Shown here piece by piece: positions 1-9,164 of a DNA stretch of 24,000 nucleotides. The stretch is from Ketobacter sp. GTDB taxonomy: Bacteria > Pseudomonadota > Gammaproteobacteria > Pseudomonadales > Ketobacteraceae. The stretch's first letter is position 1. Each line of letters begins with the position of its first letter. Both the position numbers and the translations under genes were made by a program. The notes beneath the pieces were generated by a model that searched no databases, was not told the origin of the DNA, and worked only from the letters and a program-made list of their open reading frames with translations. The DNA is taken from positions 163,296 to 187,295 of the forward strand of contig NZ_RCHN01000023.1 in the NCBI RefSeq assembly GCF_003671495.1, in the 5' to 3' direction.

Positions 1-1560
1 AGCGGGCAGGCCGGCCCTTATCAGGGTCTGGAACAATACCACTATCGCGGGGATTTCAATGATCCCGCCCAGGGTGAGCGCTACGCCAGGCTGCAATTGG
101 AAGCCCACCAGGCCCAACGCCAGAACATCGAAGGCGAATCGGATTGCCCGCGGCTGTGGCCGGGCTACCGCTTCTCGGTGAAAGACCACCCGCGCCAGGA
201 CCTGAATGCCGAGGCGATTCTGCTGTCGGTGCGGGTGCAGGGGCGCCAGCCCCAATCCCTGGGGCAGGGCGCCAGCAGTGAGGGCAGCCGCTTCAGTTGT
301 GAATTCGGTGCCATGCCCGCGTCCCTGCCGTTTCGTGCCCCGGCCATCACGCCGCCGCCCCGGGTGGAAGGCACCCAGACTGCCTTCGTTACCGGTCCGG
401 CGGGGGAGGAAATCTACACCGACCAGTTTGGGCGGGTGAAGGTCCAGTTCCACTGGGACCGGGAAGGCCAGTATGACGAGGCCAGCAGTTGCTGGCTGCG
501 GGTCAGCCAGGGCCTGGCGGGCAACCAATGGGGCGCCATGGCGATCCCCCGCATCGGCCAGGAGGTCATCGTCTCATTTCTGGAAGGCAATCCGGACCGC
601 CCCCTGGTCACAGGCACCCTCTACAACGGCACCAACGCCTTGCCCTATCCCTTGCCCGCCCACAAAACCCGCACCGCGTTCAAAAGTATCAGCAGCCCCG
701 GCGGAGGCGGTTTCAACGAACTGCGCATCGAAGACAAAAAAGGCCAGGAGCAGATCTACCTGCACAGCGAAAAGGATCTGGATCTGTATACCCAAAACGA
801 TTGGAAGGAGTGGGTGGGCAACGAACAGCACACCACCGTGGGCAATCACCTGAATCAGGCTGTGGGTGCCGACCAGCACACCACCATTAAACAAAACCAT
901 CATCAGAAGATCGGCCAGAACCTGTCGCAGAACGTCGGGCAGGCGGCGCAGATTAAAATCTCCGGCTCCTATGTAGAGCAGGCCGGTCAGGACATTGTGC
1001 TAAAAGCCGGCATGTCGCTGGTGATCCAGGCCGGAGTGGAGCTGACCCTGAAGGCCGGTGGCGGCCTGGTGAAACTGGACCCCAGCGGCGTCACCATCAA
1101 AGGCCCTATGGTCCGCATCAACACCGGCGGCGCGGCCACCCCGGGCCGACCCGCCGTGATCACGCCCCCCCGTCAACCCAAACCCGCCGATCAGGGCGAC
1201 AAACCCGGCAGCGCCAGCGCACCGGCCATGCCCAACACCGCCCCGGTGGCCAGCAAGGTGGTCAGCACCCAGTCGGTCACCGGTGGGCAGGCGAATCCGG
1301 ATGAGGCGGTGACGAGGGTGGCAGTGGCGAGTCGAGATACCAGCATCACCCGCGAACAGATTGAAGCGCTTCCGGATAACGTAAGCCTGGAGATGTGCGA
1401 TACCCAGGGCAACCCCATTGCCAACACCCGGTATGTGGTGACGGACAAAAACGGCAAGCAATACACGGGTGTCACCGACGCAAACGGTGTGGCCCGTATT
1501 CAGGGGCTACCCAAGGGGGATTGCAAAGTCAGCTTTCCGGACAGCGAGCCCTGGAAATAA
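1..1560 (+). CDS. vgrG: T6SS spike protein VgrG, 5'-truncated by the window edge, with a Pro-rich linker and a small beta-rich C-terminal extension
   Basis: Frame 1 is open from nt 1 (SGQAGPYQGLEQYHYRGDF...). Typical VgrG gp27/gp5 stretches are present: FVTGPAGEEIYTDQFGRVKVQFHWDREG, WLRVSQGLAGNQWGAMAIPRIGQEVIVSFLEGNPDRPLVTG, FNELRIEDKKGQEQIYLHSEKD. The beta-helix repeats end at MVRINTGG. Confidence 0.93.
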   Translation, partial: SGQAGPYQGLEQYHYRGDFNDPAQGERYARLQLEAHQAQRQNIEGESDCPRLWPGYRFSVKDHPRQDLNAEAILLSVRVQGRQPQSLGQGASSEGSRFSCEFGAMPASLPFRAPAITPPPRVEGTQTAFVTGPAGEEIYTDQFGRVKVQFHWDREGQYDEASSCWLRVSQGLAGNQWGAMAIPRIGQEVIVSFLEGNPDRPLVTGTLYNGTNALPYPLPAHKTRTAFKSISSPGGGGFNELRIEDKKGQEQIYLHSEKDLDLYTQNDWKEWVGNEQHTTVGNHLNQAVGADQHTTIKQNHHQKIGQNLSQNVGQAAQIKISGSYVEQAGQDIVLKAGMSLVIQAGVELTLKAGGGLVKLDPSGVTIKGPMVRINTGGAATPGRPAVITPPRQPKPADQGDKPGSASAPAMPNTAPVASKVVSTQSVTGGQANPDEAVTRVAVASRDTSITREQIEALPDNVSLEMCDTQGNPIANTRYVVTDKNGKQYTGVTDANGVARIQGLPKGDCKVSFPDSEPWK

Positions 1561-1582
1561 ATTCATTTGAAGACCTGAAACC

Positions 1583-2239
1583 ATGCCAACCACTCATATC
1601 GTTCAGCAAGGCGAAAACCTCTTCACCATCGCCCGCCAGCATAAGATCGCAAATTGGCGGGATATTTACTTTCATGACGCCAATGCTGCGTTTCGAAAAA
1701 AGCGACCCAACCCCAATATCATTTGTGCCGGTGATGAAATCCAGATCCCGCAAACTGAAAGCAAAAGTGTCACGGTTCGAACCGGTGCTCATCATGTTTT
1801 TTATGTGGATCGGGAAACGCAGAAGCTCACGCTACGCCTGTTGGATGAAAGTGGACGACCCAAAAGCAAAGTCCCTGCTGAGCTTTCCATCAATGGAAAC
1901 AAGAAGCCGGTGGTCAGCGGTACAGACGGCACGCTCAAACTCGAAGTGGATGATCCCAATGTCAAAGTCATGCACCTGGACGTGTTCGCAGATCCAGACA
2001 TGACAGAACCCAGCCATCGGTTCGAGCTGCAATTGGCGCACCTTGATCCTGCGGATACGCTCGCCGGTTTGCAAGCCAGGCTCAACAGCCTTGGGCATGA
2101 TTGTGGCGTAGTCGATGGCATTTATGGCAGGCGTACCAAAGAAGGAATAATGTCGTATCAGGCCGCCTGCAATATGACCGTCGATGGACAACCATCACCC
2201 GACATCTATCATGCTGCCCAAAAAGATTTTGGGTGTTGA
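1583..2239 (+). CDS. LysM domain (N-terminal) plus PG_binding_1-like peptidoglycan-binding domain (C-terminal) protein, with no obvious signal peptide
   Basis: N-terminus HIVQQGENLFTIARQHKIANWRDIY...GDEIQIP is a LysM-type motif. C-terminus LQARLNSLGHDCGVVDGIYGRRTKEGIMSYQAACNMTVDGQPSP is a PG-binding repeat motif. The gene starts 22 nt after the vgrG stop on the same strand. Confidence 0.8.
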   Translation: MPTTHIVQQGENLFTIARQHKIANWRDIYFHDANAAFRKKRPNPNIICAGDEIQIPQTESKSVTVRTGAHHVFYVDRETQKLTLRLLDESGRPKSKVPAELSINGNKKPVVSGTDGTLKLEVDDPNVKVMHLDVFADPDMTEPSHRFELQLAHLDPADTLAGLQARLNSLGHDCGVVDGIYGRRTKEGIMSYQAACNMTVDGQPSPDIYHAAQKDFGC

Positions 2240-2269
2240 TTAAACGCATCATCCGCACTGGAACCCAAC

Positions 2270-5200
2270 ATGACCACTAATCAAACCCCGCCCGCTGCCG
2301 GTGTAGAGCCCAGGCCCGTTGCATTGAACGAAGTCAATACCCTGGTTGTGGGTACGATCGTTACTCCGATCTATCCGGTGCGCTACGCCTATGCAAACTT
2401 CTTTGAGGAATCGTTGCTCGCACCAACGGAACCGCCTCCACTCTCGGCCATGCTGGATGCGGCAGACCTGAATAGTACCAACGGCTATGTGCCACGATTG
2501 CTGCGACCTGGCTGGATCTACATACGGGAAGAGGATGGCCCGAACGGCGGCCACTTCCAGATATTCAAATATGCACCGGTGGAGAACAACGGGCAGCTGG
2601 AAGAGCGATTTCCAAAATACCAGTTCGCTAATGGAGTGAACGCACAGGGGGGGCTTAAAGAAGATACATCAGGAGGCATCAAAGGAGGCTATCCCTTCGT
2701 TTTTGTGCGCAAAGAGGTCACTGAAATCAGTATTGCGTACAGTGAGCACGAGTGGCACCCCAACATCATCGATAAAATGAACGGAGATGCGGGTGAGCGG
2801 GCTGCGTCCATGCAAAGGATCAAGCTTAAGAGTGATGATCCGGCGGCGGTGCCGGCCACTGCGGATAATCTGGCGCGCTTGGTTGAGGATTATCGGGAAC
2901 AGAAGGCGCGCCTGTTACGGATAAAAAACAGCAGTACAGATCCCAGTGTGAAAGACCTGGCGCTCGACGTGCTGACGACTCAGTCCAGCTACGACATGGA
3001 TGCGGACCAGATTGCACTAGCGCTGAGACGCAAAACCAAACCGGGTGAAACCGCCCGCGTGGTGGCATTGCATGATCCGGTCGGCAGACAAAGAGACATC
3101 GCTGAGGTGCACGCCAAGTTGGCGCTGTGGGAGAAGGCCTATGCATCGCAGAACCTTTATCCATTCACCATTGGGCAGCTAGTGGGGCAGCTGAAACAAT
3201 CCAACGATGAAGCGTTGCAGGATGTATTGAAGGAATCGATAAACTGGGGGGAATACGACCAGTATTGGACCCGGATTGAACAGGAGTTCAAGGGCTTCGC
3301 CACCCGGCAGGAGCAGTTCGCGGAACTCTATCGGGGATTCATGCACGGTTCGGGGGTGACCGGTAAGGTCGGTTCACTGGATAACTATTTCCAGAAATTT
3401 TTCTGCCAGAATGCAACGAAAGGGGACGAAGCAACCGCAGAGTTGACCAAATTGTGCGAGATCGGTGCGGGTATTTTTAATGGAATACTATCCTCTGATC
3501 GGGGAAATTCTGCGCTCGAGAAAATTCTAGAAGACTTCAACAACGAAAAGAATGCCTATGTGGCATTTTTTGATGTGTTCAAAGGCATAGTGACTGCCCC
3601 GCAGAACAAGCTGGACTGGGCGGCCAAGGTGGGCGCCGGCATGGATAAACTGCTGCAGCAACTGGGCCCACTGTGGGCCAAAATTGCAGTGTTCTCCATT
3701 TATGAGGCCCAGGTGTCGGTACGAGCCAAGAATCGCTTTCTGGCCAATGTTTACAAGTACACCGTCAATCAGGTGATTCCTTATGTCCACCAAGCTATGG
3801 GGATGACGGTGGATAACGCCAACCGGGTGCGGTATACCCCAGAGAAGCTGGGGCAGATTCTGGCAGAGCAGATTGAAGCGTCCGCCCGGTCTTACCCTGG
3901 TACAGCGGGGGATGATGTACTGAAGGCGGCAGAAAAGGCCTTATCCCGAGCCCAAAAAATGTTCGATTGGGGGCAAAAAACTCAAAAGACCACCATACCC
4001 CGCTATGTGGAGCTGTCGGAAATTGAAATTACCCGCCTGCCTGGAAAACGATTCTCTTTCGTTGTGCCGAAAAGTGTGGGTGAGGGTATTGGGGTGGCGG
4101 CAGAGTCCGGCTTTGCGGGTTTATCTGCCTATGCTAACTGCCATGCCATCTATGACTTGTATTTCCAGGCTGAGTATTATGATAATGATCCCTTGCAGCG
4201 TGGCCATACGGTGCATGGCCTGATTCAATTCGCATCCGCTGTGACGTCGTTGACGGTGGATGTGTTGACCATCAGCCGAGCCGCGGTGGGCGTTTCGGCG
4301 AAAGTAACATCCAATGCATCGAATCAGGTGATCGCCTCGCTGGCACCGAAGCTGAGTGAACGGGCTTCGGCGCTGGGGACTTTGCTGGGGTCACAGATGC
4401 TATCCCGCGTCATCGTGGTAGCAAACTTTGCCTCGGCCACGGCTTCGGTCTGGAACGGCATCAACTCCTGGCAGGGCGACAATCGAGGTGAAGCGGCTGG
4501 CCACTTCACCCTGGCATTGGGTTCGGTTGTTATTGCGGCGGCCACCATTTATGGTGTGGGAGCTGCAGCCACTACTGCGGGTGGGGGTGCCACCGCCACC
4601 GGTGTGGGGGCGGTGCCTGGGTTGATTGCCGTTGGGGTCGGGTTATTGTGTCTGGGGGCTGGTGCCACATTGTTGTGGGTGTATGGGAAATCGGATTTTC
4701 AGCGGCTACTGGAGAATTGTTTCTGGGGTGTGAGTAGTCGTTATGGGTTTTGGGAATTTGTTGAAGAAAGGCCTGGCATTGATAGACGAATTGATAATGC
4801 CAAAGAAATGAAGAGCAATTCAAAGATGCTGTCCGCGTACAAGATTGAATTGCAGGAGTTTATGAACTACCTGAACATGCCGGCATTGGAACTTTCGGAT
4901 ACGGAAGGTTGGTTTGATACCTCCGGAGACACGCGAACGTTCTCTTTAAAATTCTCATTGCCGAGATTTCAGATTGGTGTGTCCGATATTTTGTTTGAGT
5001 TGCGCACTCGTCATATTGATTTTGATGTTTTCAGTGCCGGTGTATGGCGGGAGAATAAGGCGTTGACTGAAAAGCTAGGCAAAGCCATGGAATCCGCCAG
5101 GTTTGAGGAGCGGGATGGCTTTACGAACGTAGAGGTGGAGTTCGAAACCCAGGAGGATATTGAATTGTTCTGGGCCTATAAACCCACCCCCAACACGGTC

Positions 5201-5278
5201 GTTCCGATGCGCTATCTGACCGACGACGGACTGATTGAGAGTCCTGTGGTGGGTATGATCAATGAAGAAGTTGCCTGA
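2270..5278 (+). CDS. T6SS effector, VasX-like (VasX_N-type N-terminus, Gly/Ala-rich transmembrane hairpins): putative membrane-disrupting toxin
   Basis: N-terminal IYPVRYAY and RLLRPGWIYIRE motifs are typical of the VasX / BTH_I2691-type effector N-domain. The hydrophobic block AAGHFTLALGSVVIAAATIYGVGAAATTAGGGATATGVGAVPGLIAVGVGLLCLGAGATLLWVYG lies at about nt 4490-4690. The gene sits third in a vgrG operon. Confidence 0.72.
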   Translation: MTTNQTPPAAGVEPRPVALNEVNTLVVGTIVTPIYPVRYAYANFFEESLLAPTEPPPLSAMLDAADLNSTNGYVPRLLRPGWIYIREEDGPNGGHFQIFKYAPVENNGQLEERFPKYQFANGVNAQGGLKEDTSGGIKGGYPFVFVRKEVTEISIAYSEHEWHPNIIDKMNGDAGERAASMQRIKLKSDDPAAVPATADNLARLVEDYREQKARLLRIKNSSTDPSVKDLALDVLTTQSSYDMDADQIALALRRKTKPGETARVVALHDPVGRQRDIAEVHAKLALWEKAYASQNLYPFTIGQLVGQLKQSNDEALQDVLKESINWGEYDQYWTRIEQEFKGFATRQEQFAELYRGFMHGSGVTGKVGSLDNYFQKFFCQNATKGDEATAELTKLCEIGAGIFNGILSSDRGNSALEKILEDFNNEKNAYVAFFDVFKGIVTAPQNKLDWAAKVGAGMDKLLQQLGPLWAKIAVFSIYEAQVSVRAKNRFLANVYKYTVNQVIPYVHQAMGMTVDNANRVRYTPEKLGQILAEQIEASARSYPGTAGDDVLKAAEKALSRAQKMFDWGQKTQKTTIPRYVELSEIEITRLPGKRFSFVVPKSVGEGIGVAAESGFAGLSAYANCHAIYDLYFQAEYYDNDPLQRGHTVHGLIQFASAVTSLTVDVLTISRAAVGVSAKVTSNASNQVIASLAPKLSERASALGTLLGSQMLSRVIVVANFASATASVWNGINSWQGDNRGEAAGHFTLALGSVVIAAATIYGVGAAATTAGGGATATGVGAVPGLIAVGVGLLCLGAGATLLWVYGKSDFQRLLENCFWGVSSRYGFWEFVEERPGIDRRIDNAKEMKSNSKMLSAYKIELQEFMNYLNMPALELSDTEGWFDTSGDTRTFSLKFSLPRFQIGVSDILFELRTRHIDFDVFSAGVWRENKALTEKLGKAMESARFEERDGFTNVEVEFETQEDIELFWAYKPTPNTVVPMRYLTDDGLIESPVVGMINEEVA

Positions 5279-5287
5279 AAGGTCTGA

Positions 5288-6196
5288 ATGTTGCGAATAG
5301 TAAAGAGCCTGCCTGTCGCCAAACCGCTCGCTGACGAATCAGCACAGTTACTGAGCCGCGAGTTGCCGCGTTTCAAAAAGCCGACGCCCCCGGTTCTGGG
5401 GATTGATCGAATAACACTGGCGTTTAAAGACAATTATGTGGCCCTGCGTAATATGTTCTTTATTCCCTGGATGCTGGGTATGGTGGCGGTGCTGTGTCTT
5501 CAAGGAGAGGATGTCTATCGCTCCTGGAAAGGCGCGGAGAAAAGCGGGTTGTGGCGCATCGATCTGGAAATCGAAAAGCATGGAGATGATTATATTACCG
5601 CTTCAGACAGTACCTCATTGCCGAAATATCTCTCAGTCTTCGAAGGCCGAACCCTCCCCTTCATGACCTATATGACTCAAATGCGTTACAGTCATGATTT
5701 TTACGCCTATCCGGATCGAACCCGCCAAACCGACATCCTGATGACGTCCATACCCATTACCATCCTGCTCTTTCTGGGTACTTGGTCTGTGTCGATGCGG
5801 CGCCATGCACCGCTATTTTTCGACCGGGAGAGGCGTATTGTTTATACATGGCGATTTGGTGAGGTCTGGGCACAGCGCTATGATAGATTGTCCTATGCCA
5901 GCAATTTTCAGTCACTGTTTATGTATCTACGGCGCTTGGACCCCAAAGACGAAAACGAACGCCCCTGGCTGGTATCCTACCCACTGCAACCCTCCGGCAA
6001 CCCGCTGGTGAACGCCCGAATCCTGCAGGACAATGTGCTGATTGCCATAGTGAAGTTCATGGAACAGGGGCGTGATGCCGTCTGGTCGGAGGATTGGCAT
6101 GGGCGCCCTCCATTTTATTTTCGAATCGACCCCAAGCCCCAGGACTTTGACCAGCAATTGGAAACGCTCCTCAGGAAAATCGACATGGGTGAATGA
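5288..6196 (+). CDS. Putative cognate immunity protein (inner-membrane, two hydrophobic helices)
   Basis: It starts 9 nt after the effector stop. Predicted TM segments are MFFIPWMLGMVAVLCL and ILMTSIPITILLFLGTWSV. The function is inferred from position only. Confidence 0.5.
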   Translation: MLRIVKSLPVAKPLADESAQLLSRELPRFKKPTPPVLGIDRITLAFKDNYVALRNMFFIPWMLGMVAVLCLQGEDVYRSWKGAEKSGLWRIDLEIEKHGDDYITASDSTSLPKYLSVFEGRTLPFMTYMTQMRYSHDFYAYPDRTRQTDILMTSIPITILLFLGTWSVSMRRHAPLFFDRERRIVYTWRFGEVWAQRYDRLSYASNFQSLFMYLRRLDPKDENERPWLVSYPLQPSGNPLVNARILQDNVLIAIVKFMEQGRDAVWSEDWHGRPPFYFRIDPKPQDFDQQLETLLRKIDMGE

Positions 6197-6208
6197 TCGG
6201 GGTGGCTA

Positions 6209-6229
6209 CTGTGGTGATCAGCACCACAG
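6209..6229. terminator. Perfect 8-bp hairpin between convergent genes (possible bidirectional terminator; no U-run)
   Basis: CTGTGGTG-atcag-CACCACAG lies between the immunity gene stop (6196) and the TPM gene stop (6237). Confidence 0.3.
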
Positions 6230-6236
6230 CTCGTCA

Positions 6237-6854
6237 CTACCCCAGCACCACCAAATGATTTGGCAACTCATTCTTGCTTTCCGTGGCCGGGGCGTGCTGC
6301 TTTAACTTTTCACCACAGGCCTCGATGCATTTCAGCATACCCGCCAGGGTGTCTTTGCGTTTAATGCTGGCCACCAAATCATCCACGATGCCCTGCCACT
6401 GGTCATTGGCCACATGCTGACTGATGCCGCGGTCGGCGATGATCTCCACGTAATGCTCGGCTTCGGCGATGAATATCAGCACCCCGGTTTCACCCTTGGT
6501 ATGGTGCAGGTTGTTGTCCAGGAACTGGCGTCGGGCCAGGTTGGCGGCGCGCCAGCGTTTTACGGATTTGGGCACCAGGCTCATCATGATGGGGGGCACG
6601 CGGAACAGCAGCGCCAGGGCAATAAAGTTAAACCACTGCAGCATCAGCAGCTCGTCGCCATTGAGCCAGAAGGGGGTGAATTTCAGCAGCAGGGGCAGCA
6701 GCAAGGCGATGATGGCCGCCCACAGTGTAGGGATGTAAACGTAATCGTCGGACTGACGGGCCAGCACCGTCACCAGCTCTGCATCCGTATGCTGCTCTAC
6801 GTTGTTGATGGCATCCGCCACCTGTTTCAATTCGGATTCCGTGAATAAAGCCAT
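6237..6854 (-). CDS. TPM-domain membrane protein (third gene of a LemA-TPM-TPM module)
   Basis: ALFTESELKQVADAINNVEQHTDAELVTVLARQSDDY is followed by hydrophobic helices and GVLIFIAEAEHYVEIIADRGI. The ATG at 6854 overlaps the upstream TAA by 1 nt (TAATG). A GTG at 6860 is an alternative start. Confidence 0.75.
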   Translation of the reverse strand: MALFTESELKQVADAINNVEQHTDAELVTVLARQSDDYVYIPTLWAAIIALLLPLLLKFTPFWLNGDELLMLQWFNFIALALLFRVPPIMMSLVPKSVKRWRAANLARRQFLDNNLHHTKGETGVLIFIAEAEHYVEIIADRGISQHVANDQWQGIVDDLVASIKRKDTLAGMLKCIEACGEKLKQHAPATESKNELPNHLVVLG

Positions 6855-7555
6855 TACCACCCCCCCGAGGCGCCGCCGCCTCCAAAACTGCCACCGCCGC
6901 CGGAAAATCCGCCACCGGAACCTCCGCGAAAGCCGCCACCACCATAGTAGATCCCACCCCGTCTGCCGCCGAAGCCGCCGCGGCCACCAAAGCCACGAAA
7001 GATGAGGAACAGGATAATGGGGATGATGATCCAGTTACTGAGCTTGCTTTTGGATTGGGCTTTGCGCATTTGGTACTGGCCACCCAGTGCCTGGATGATG
7101 GCGCTGGTGCCGGCTTCGATGCCCTGTTCAAACTGGCCCCGTTTAAAGGCCGGTCGCACGATGGTTTGAATGATGTTGGCGCTGATGGCGTCGGTGAGGG
7201 TGCCTTCCAGTCCATAGCCCACTTCGATGCGCATGCGGCGCTCCTTTTCCGCCACGATGAACAGCACGCCGTTGTTCTTGCCTTGCTGGCCGATGCCCCA
7301 GTGGCGCCCCAGTTGATAGCCGAAGGTCTCAATGTCGTAACCCTGAAGGTTGGGCAGAGTGACCACCACCAGCTGATTGCCGGTGGCGTTTTCGTGGGCC
7401 TGCAATTGCTGGCTAAGGCGGCGTTCGGTGCTGCTTGCCAGCATATTGGCCTGGTCCACCACGCGCCCGCTGAGGGCCGGAAAACTGGGGGCTGCGCCCG
7501 CACTGCCAAGCGTGGTCAGGCACAGCAGCAGTGGCAACAGCGTTGCGCGCAGCAT
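6854..7555 (-). CDS. TPM-domain protein (YgcG-like), secreted/anchored, with a Gly-rich C-terminal tail
   Basis: There is a signal peptide (MLRATLLPLLLCLTTLGSAGA), the motif GRVVDQANML...QLVVVTLPNLQGYDIE...NNGVLFIVAEKERRMRIEVGYGLEG, a TM helix, and a GGRGGFGGRRGG... tail. The start overlaps the lemA stop (ATGA). Confidence 0.85.
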   Translation of the reverse strand: MLRATLLPLLLCLTTLGSAGAAPSFPALSGRVVDQANMLASSTERRLSQQLQAHENATGNQLVVVTLPNLQGYDIETFGYQLGRHWGIGQQGKNNGVLFIVAEKERRMRIEVGYGLEGTLTDAISANIIQTIVRPAFKRGQFEQGIEAGTSAIIQALGGQYQMRKAQSKSKLSNWIIIPIILFLIFRGFGGRGGFGGRRGGIYYGGGGFRGGSGGGFSGGGGSFGGGGASGGW

Positions 7556-8160
7556 CAGAACTCCACCTTGGGCGCTTCTTCGGCACCGCTGGTGGTGGCT
7601 TCATAGGTTTCGCGCAGGGGCATGTCGCTGTACAGCAGACTGTGCCAGATGCGACCGGGGAAGGTGCGGATCTCGGTGTTATACGCGCTCACCGACTGGA
7701 TGAAATCACGGCGCGCTACCGAGATGCGGTTTTCGGTGCCCTCCAGTTGGGATTGCAGGGCCAGAAAGTTCTGGTTGGCTTTCAGGTCAGGGTAGCGTTC
7801 CACCACCACCATCAGGCGGCTTAAGGCGCTGCTGAGCTGACCTTGCGCCGCTTCAAACTGCTGCAGCTGTTCCGGGTTGTTGAGAATGCTGCTGTCCACC
7901 TGCATGGAGCCCACCTTGGCGCGGGCTTCCACCACCGCCTGCAGGGTTTCCTGCTCGTGGGCGGCATAGCCTTTGACGGTGGACACCAGATTGGGGATCA
8001 GGTCGGCGCGCCGCTGGTACTGGTTCTGCACCTGGGCCCAATCGGCCTTCACCTGTTCGTCCAGCGTGGGGATGTTGTTGATGCCGCAGCCGCTGAGGGT
8101 CAACAGGCTGCCCAGCAACACGCTGATCAGGGCAAATCGTCGAAACAGTGTGTGGAACAT
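7555..8160 (-). CDS. lemA: LemA family protein
   Basis: MFHTLFRRFALISVLLGSLLTLSGC is lipobox-like, followed by typical LemA core sequence (QVQNQYQRRADLIPNLV, RYPDLKANQNFLALQ, FNTEIRTFP-like). The ATG at 8160 is preferred over the TTG at 8181 because AAGGAA lies 7 nt upstream. Confidence 0.88.
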   Translation of the reverse strand: MFHTLFRRFALISVLLGSLLTLSGCGINNIPTLDEQVKADWAQVQNQYQRRADLIPNLVSTVKGYAAHEQETLQAVVEARAKVGSMQVDSSILNNPEQLQQFEAAQGQLSSALSRLMVVVERYPDLKANQNFLALQSQLEGTENRISVARRDFIQSVSAYNTEIRTFPGRIWHSLLYSDMPLRETYEATTSGAEEAPKVEF

Positions 8161-8186
8161 GGATGGTTTCCTTTCTATCAATTTAT

Positions 8187-9044
8187 TCAGTGCGTAGATT
8201 CAGCTTGGCCGCGCAGAACATCCTGATAGCCTTCCCGAAAGGAAGGATACTGAAATGCATAGCCGCTGTTGCGCAAGCGTTGATTGCGGCAGCGTTTGTT
8301 CTGCGACGGCGATGTGTCTGTCAGCTTTTTAATGGGGGTGGGCTGCGGTGCTTTCAATTGTTGCGCCAACCAGCTGCAGACGCTGGCTTCATCCGCCGGG
8401 TCATCGTCCACGCCCACATAGCACTCGGCCAGTGCCGTGCCCTGTTCTGCCAACTGCACAAGATGAGCAAGCACGCCGACACAGTCATCCTGATGGATGC
8501 GGTTGGTGTATTTGGGTGGCTCTACCTGAACGTCGGCGCCCCCCTGGACCCGACGCAGCAACCAATTGCGCCCGGGGCCATAAATGCCGCCAAAGCGCAC
8601 ACAGGTGGCCGGTTGGGCCGAAGCCTGCACCAGCCGTTCGGCTTCCAACACCCGCCGGCCATTATAAGCCTGGGGTTCGGTGGCGCTGGTCTCATCTACC
8701 CAGCTGCCGTCATCCTGGGCATACACCGCGGTGCTGGAGACAAAAAAGAACCGCTGCAAGCGCTGCTCCCCCAGGGCATCCAGCAGGTGCTGCACTGCCA
8801 GGGGGTAGCCGGCGCGATAACCTGCGTCGCTGCGCTCGGCGGGGGTGCCAGTGTGAATCACGTAGTCCAGTGCGGGGGGCAGCAGCGTACTGGCCAAAGG
8901 TTGACCCAGATCCCCCTGCAAGCCCGGGAATGGCAGGGTGGCGGGGGAGCGTTTCAGCCCCCACACCTGATGCCCGGCGTTCTGCAATTGCAGCCCCAGT
9001 TGGGTGCCGATTGAGCCGCATCCCGCCAACAATATTCGCGCCAT
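8187..9044 (-). CDS. NAD(P)-binding SDR / NAD-dependent epimerase-like oxidoreductase
   Basis: The N-terminal Rossmann motif is MARILLAGCGSIGTQLG. The gene ends 26 nt upstream of lemA on the same strand. Confidence 0.72.
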   Translation of the reverse strand: MARILLAGCGSIGTQLGLQLQNAGHQVWGLKRSPATLPFPGLQGDLGQPLASTLLPPALDYVIHTGTPAERSDAGYRAGYPLAVQHLLDALGEQRLQRFFFVSSTAVYAQDDGSWVDETSATEPQAYNGRRVLEAERLVQASAQPATCVRFGGIYGPGRNWLLRRVQGGADVQVEPPKYTNRIHQDDCVGVLAHLVQLAEQGTALAECYVGVDDDPADEASVCSWLAQQLKAPQPTPIKKLTDTSPSQNKRCRNQRLRNSGYAFQYPSFREGYQDVLRGQAESTH

Positions 9045-9164
9045 GTGCCGGTGTCTTCCCCTGATAGTTAAATTTATTCAATTCTTATGGTTGCAATCGC
9101 CATATGCTATCGTGTAAAACTCATCGTGACCAGCCATATCATTACCCAATCGAACGGATATTCC

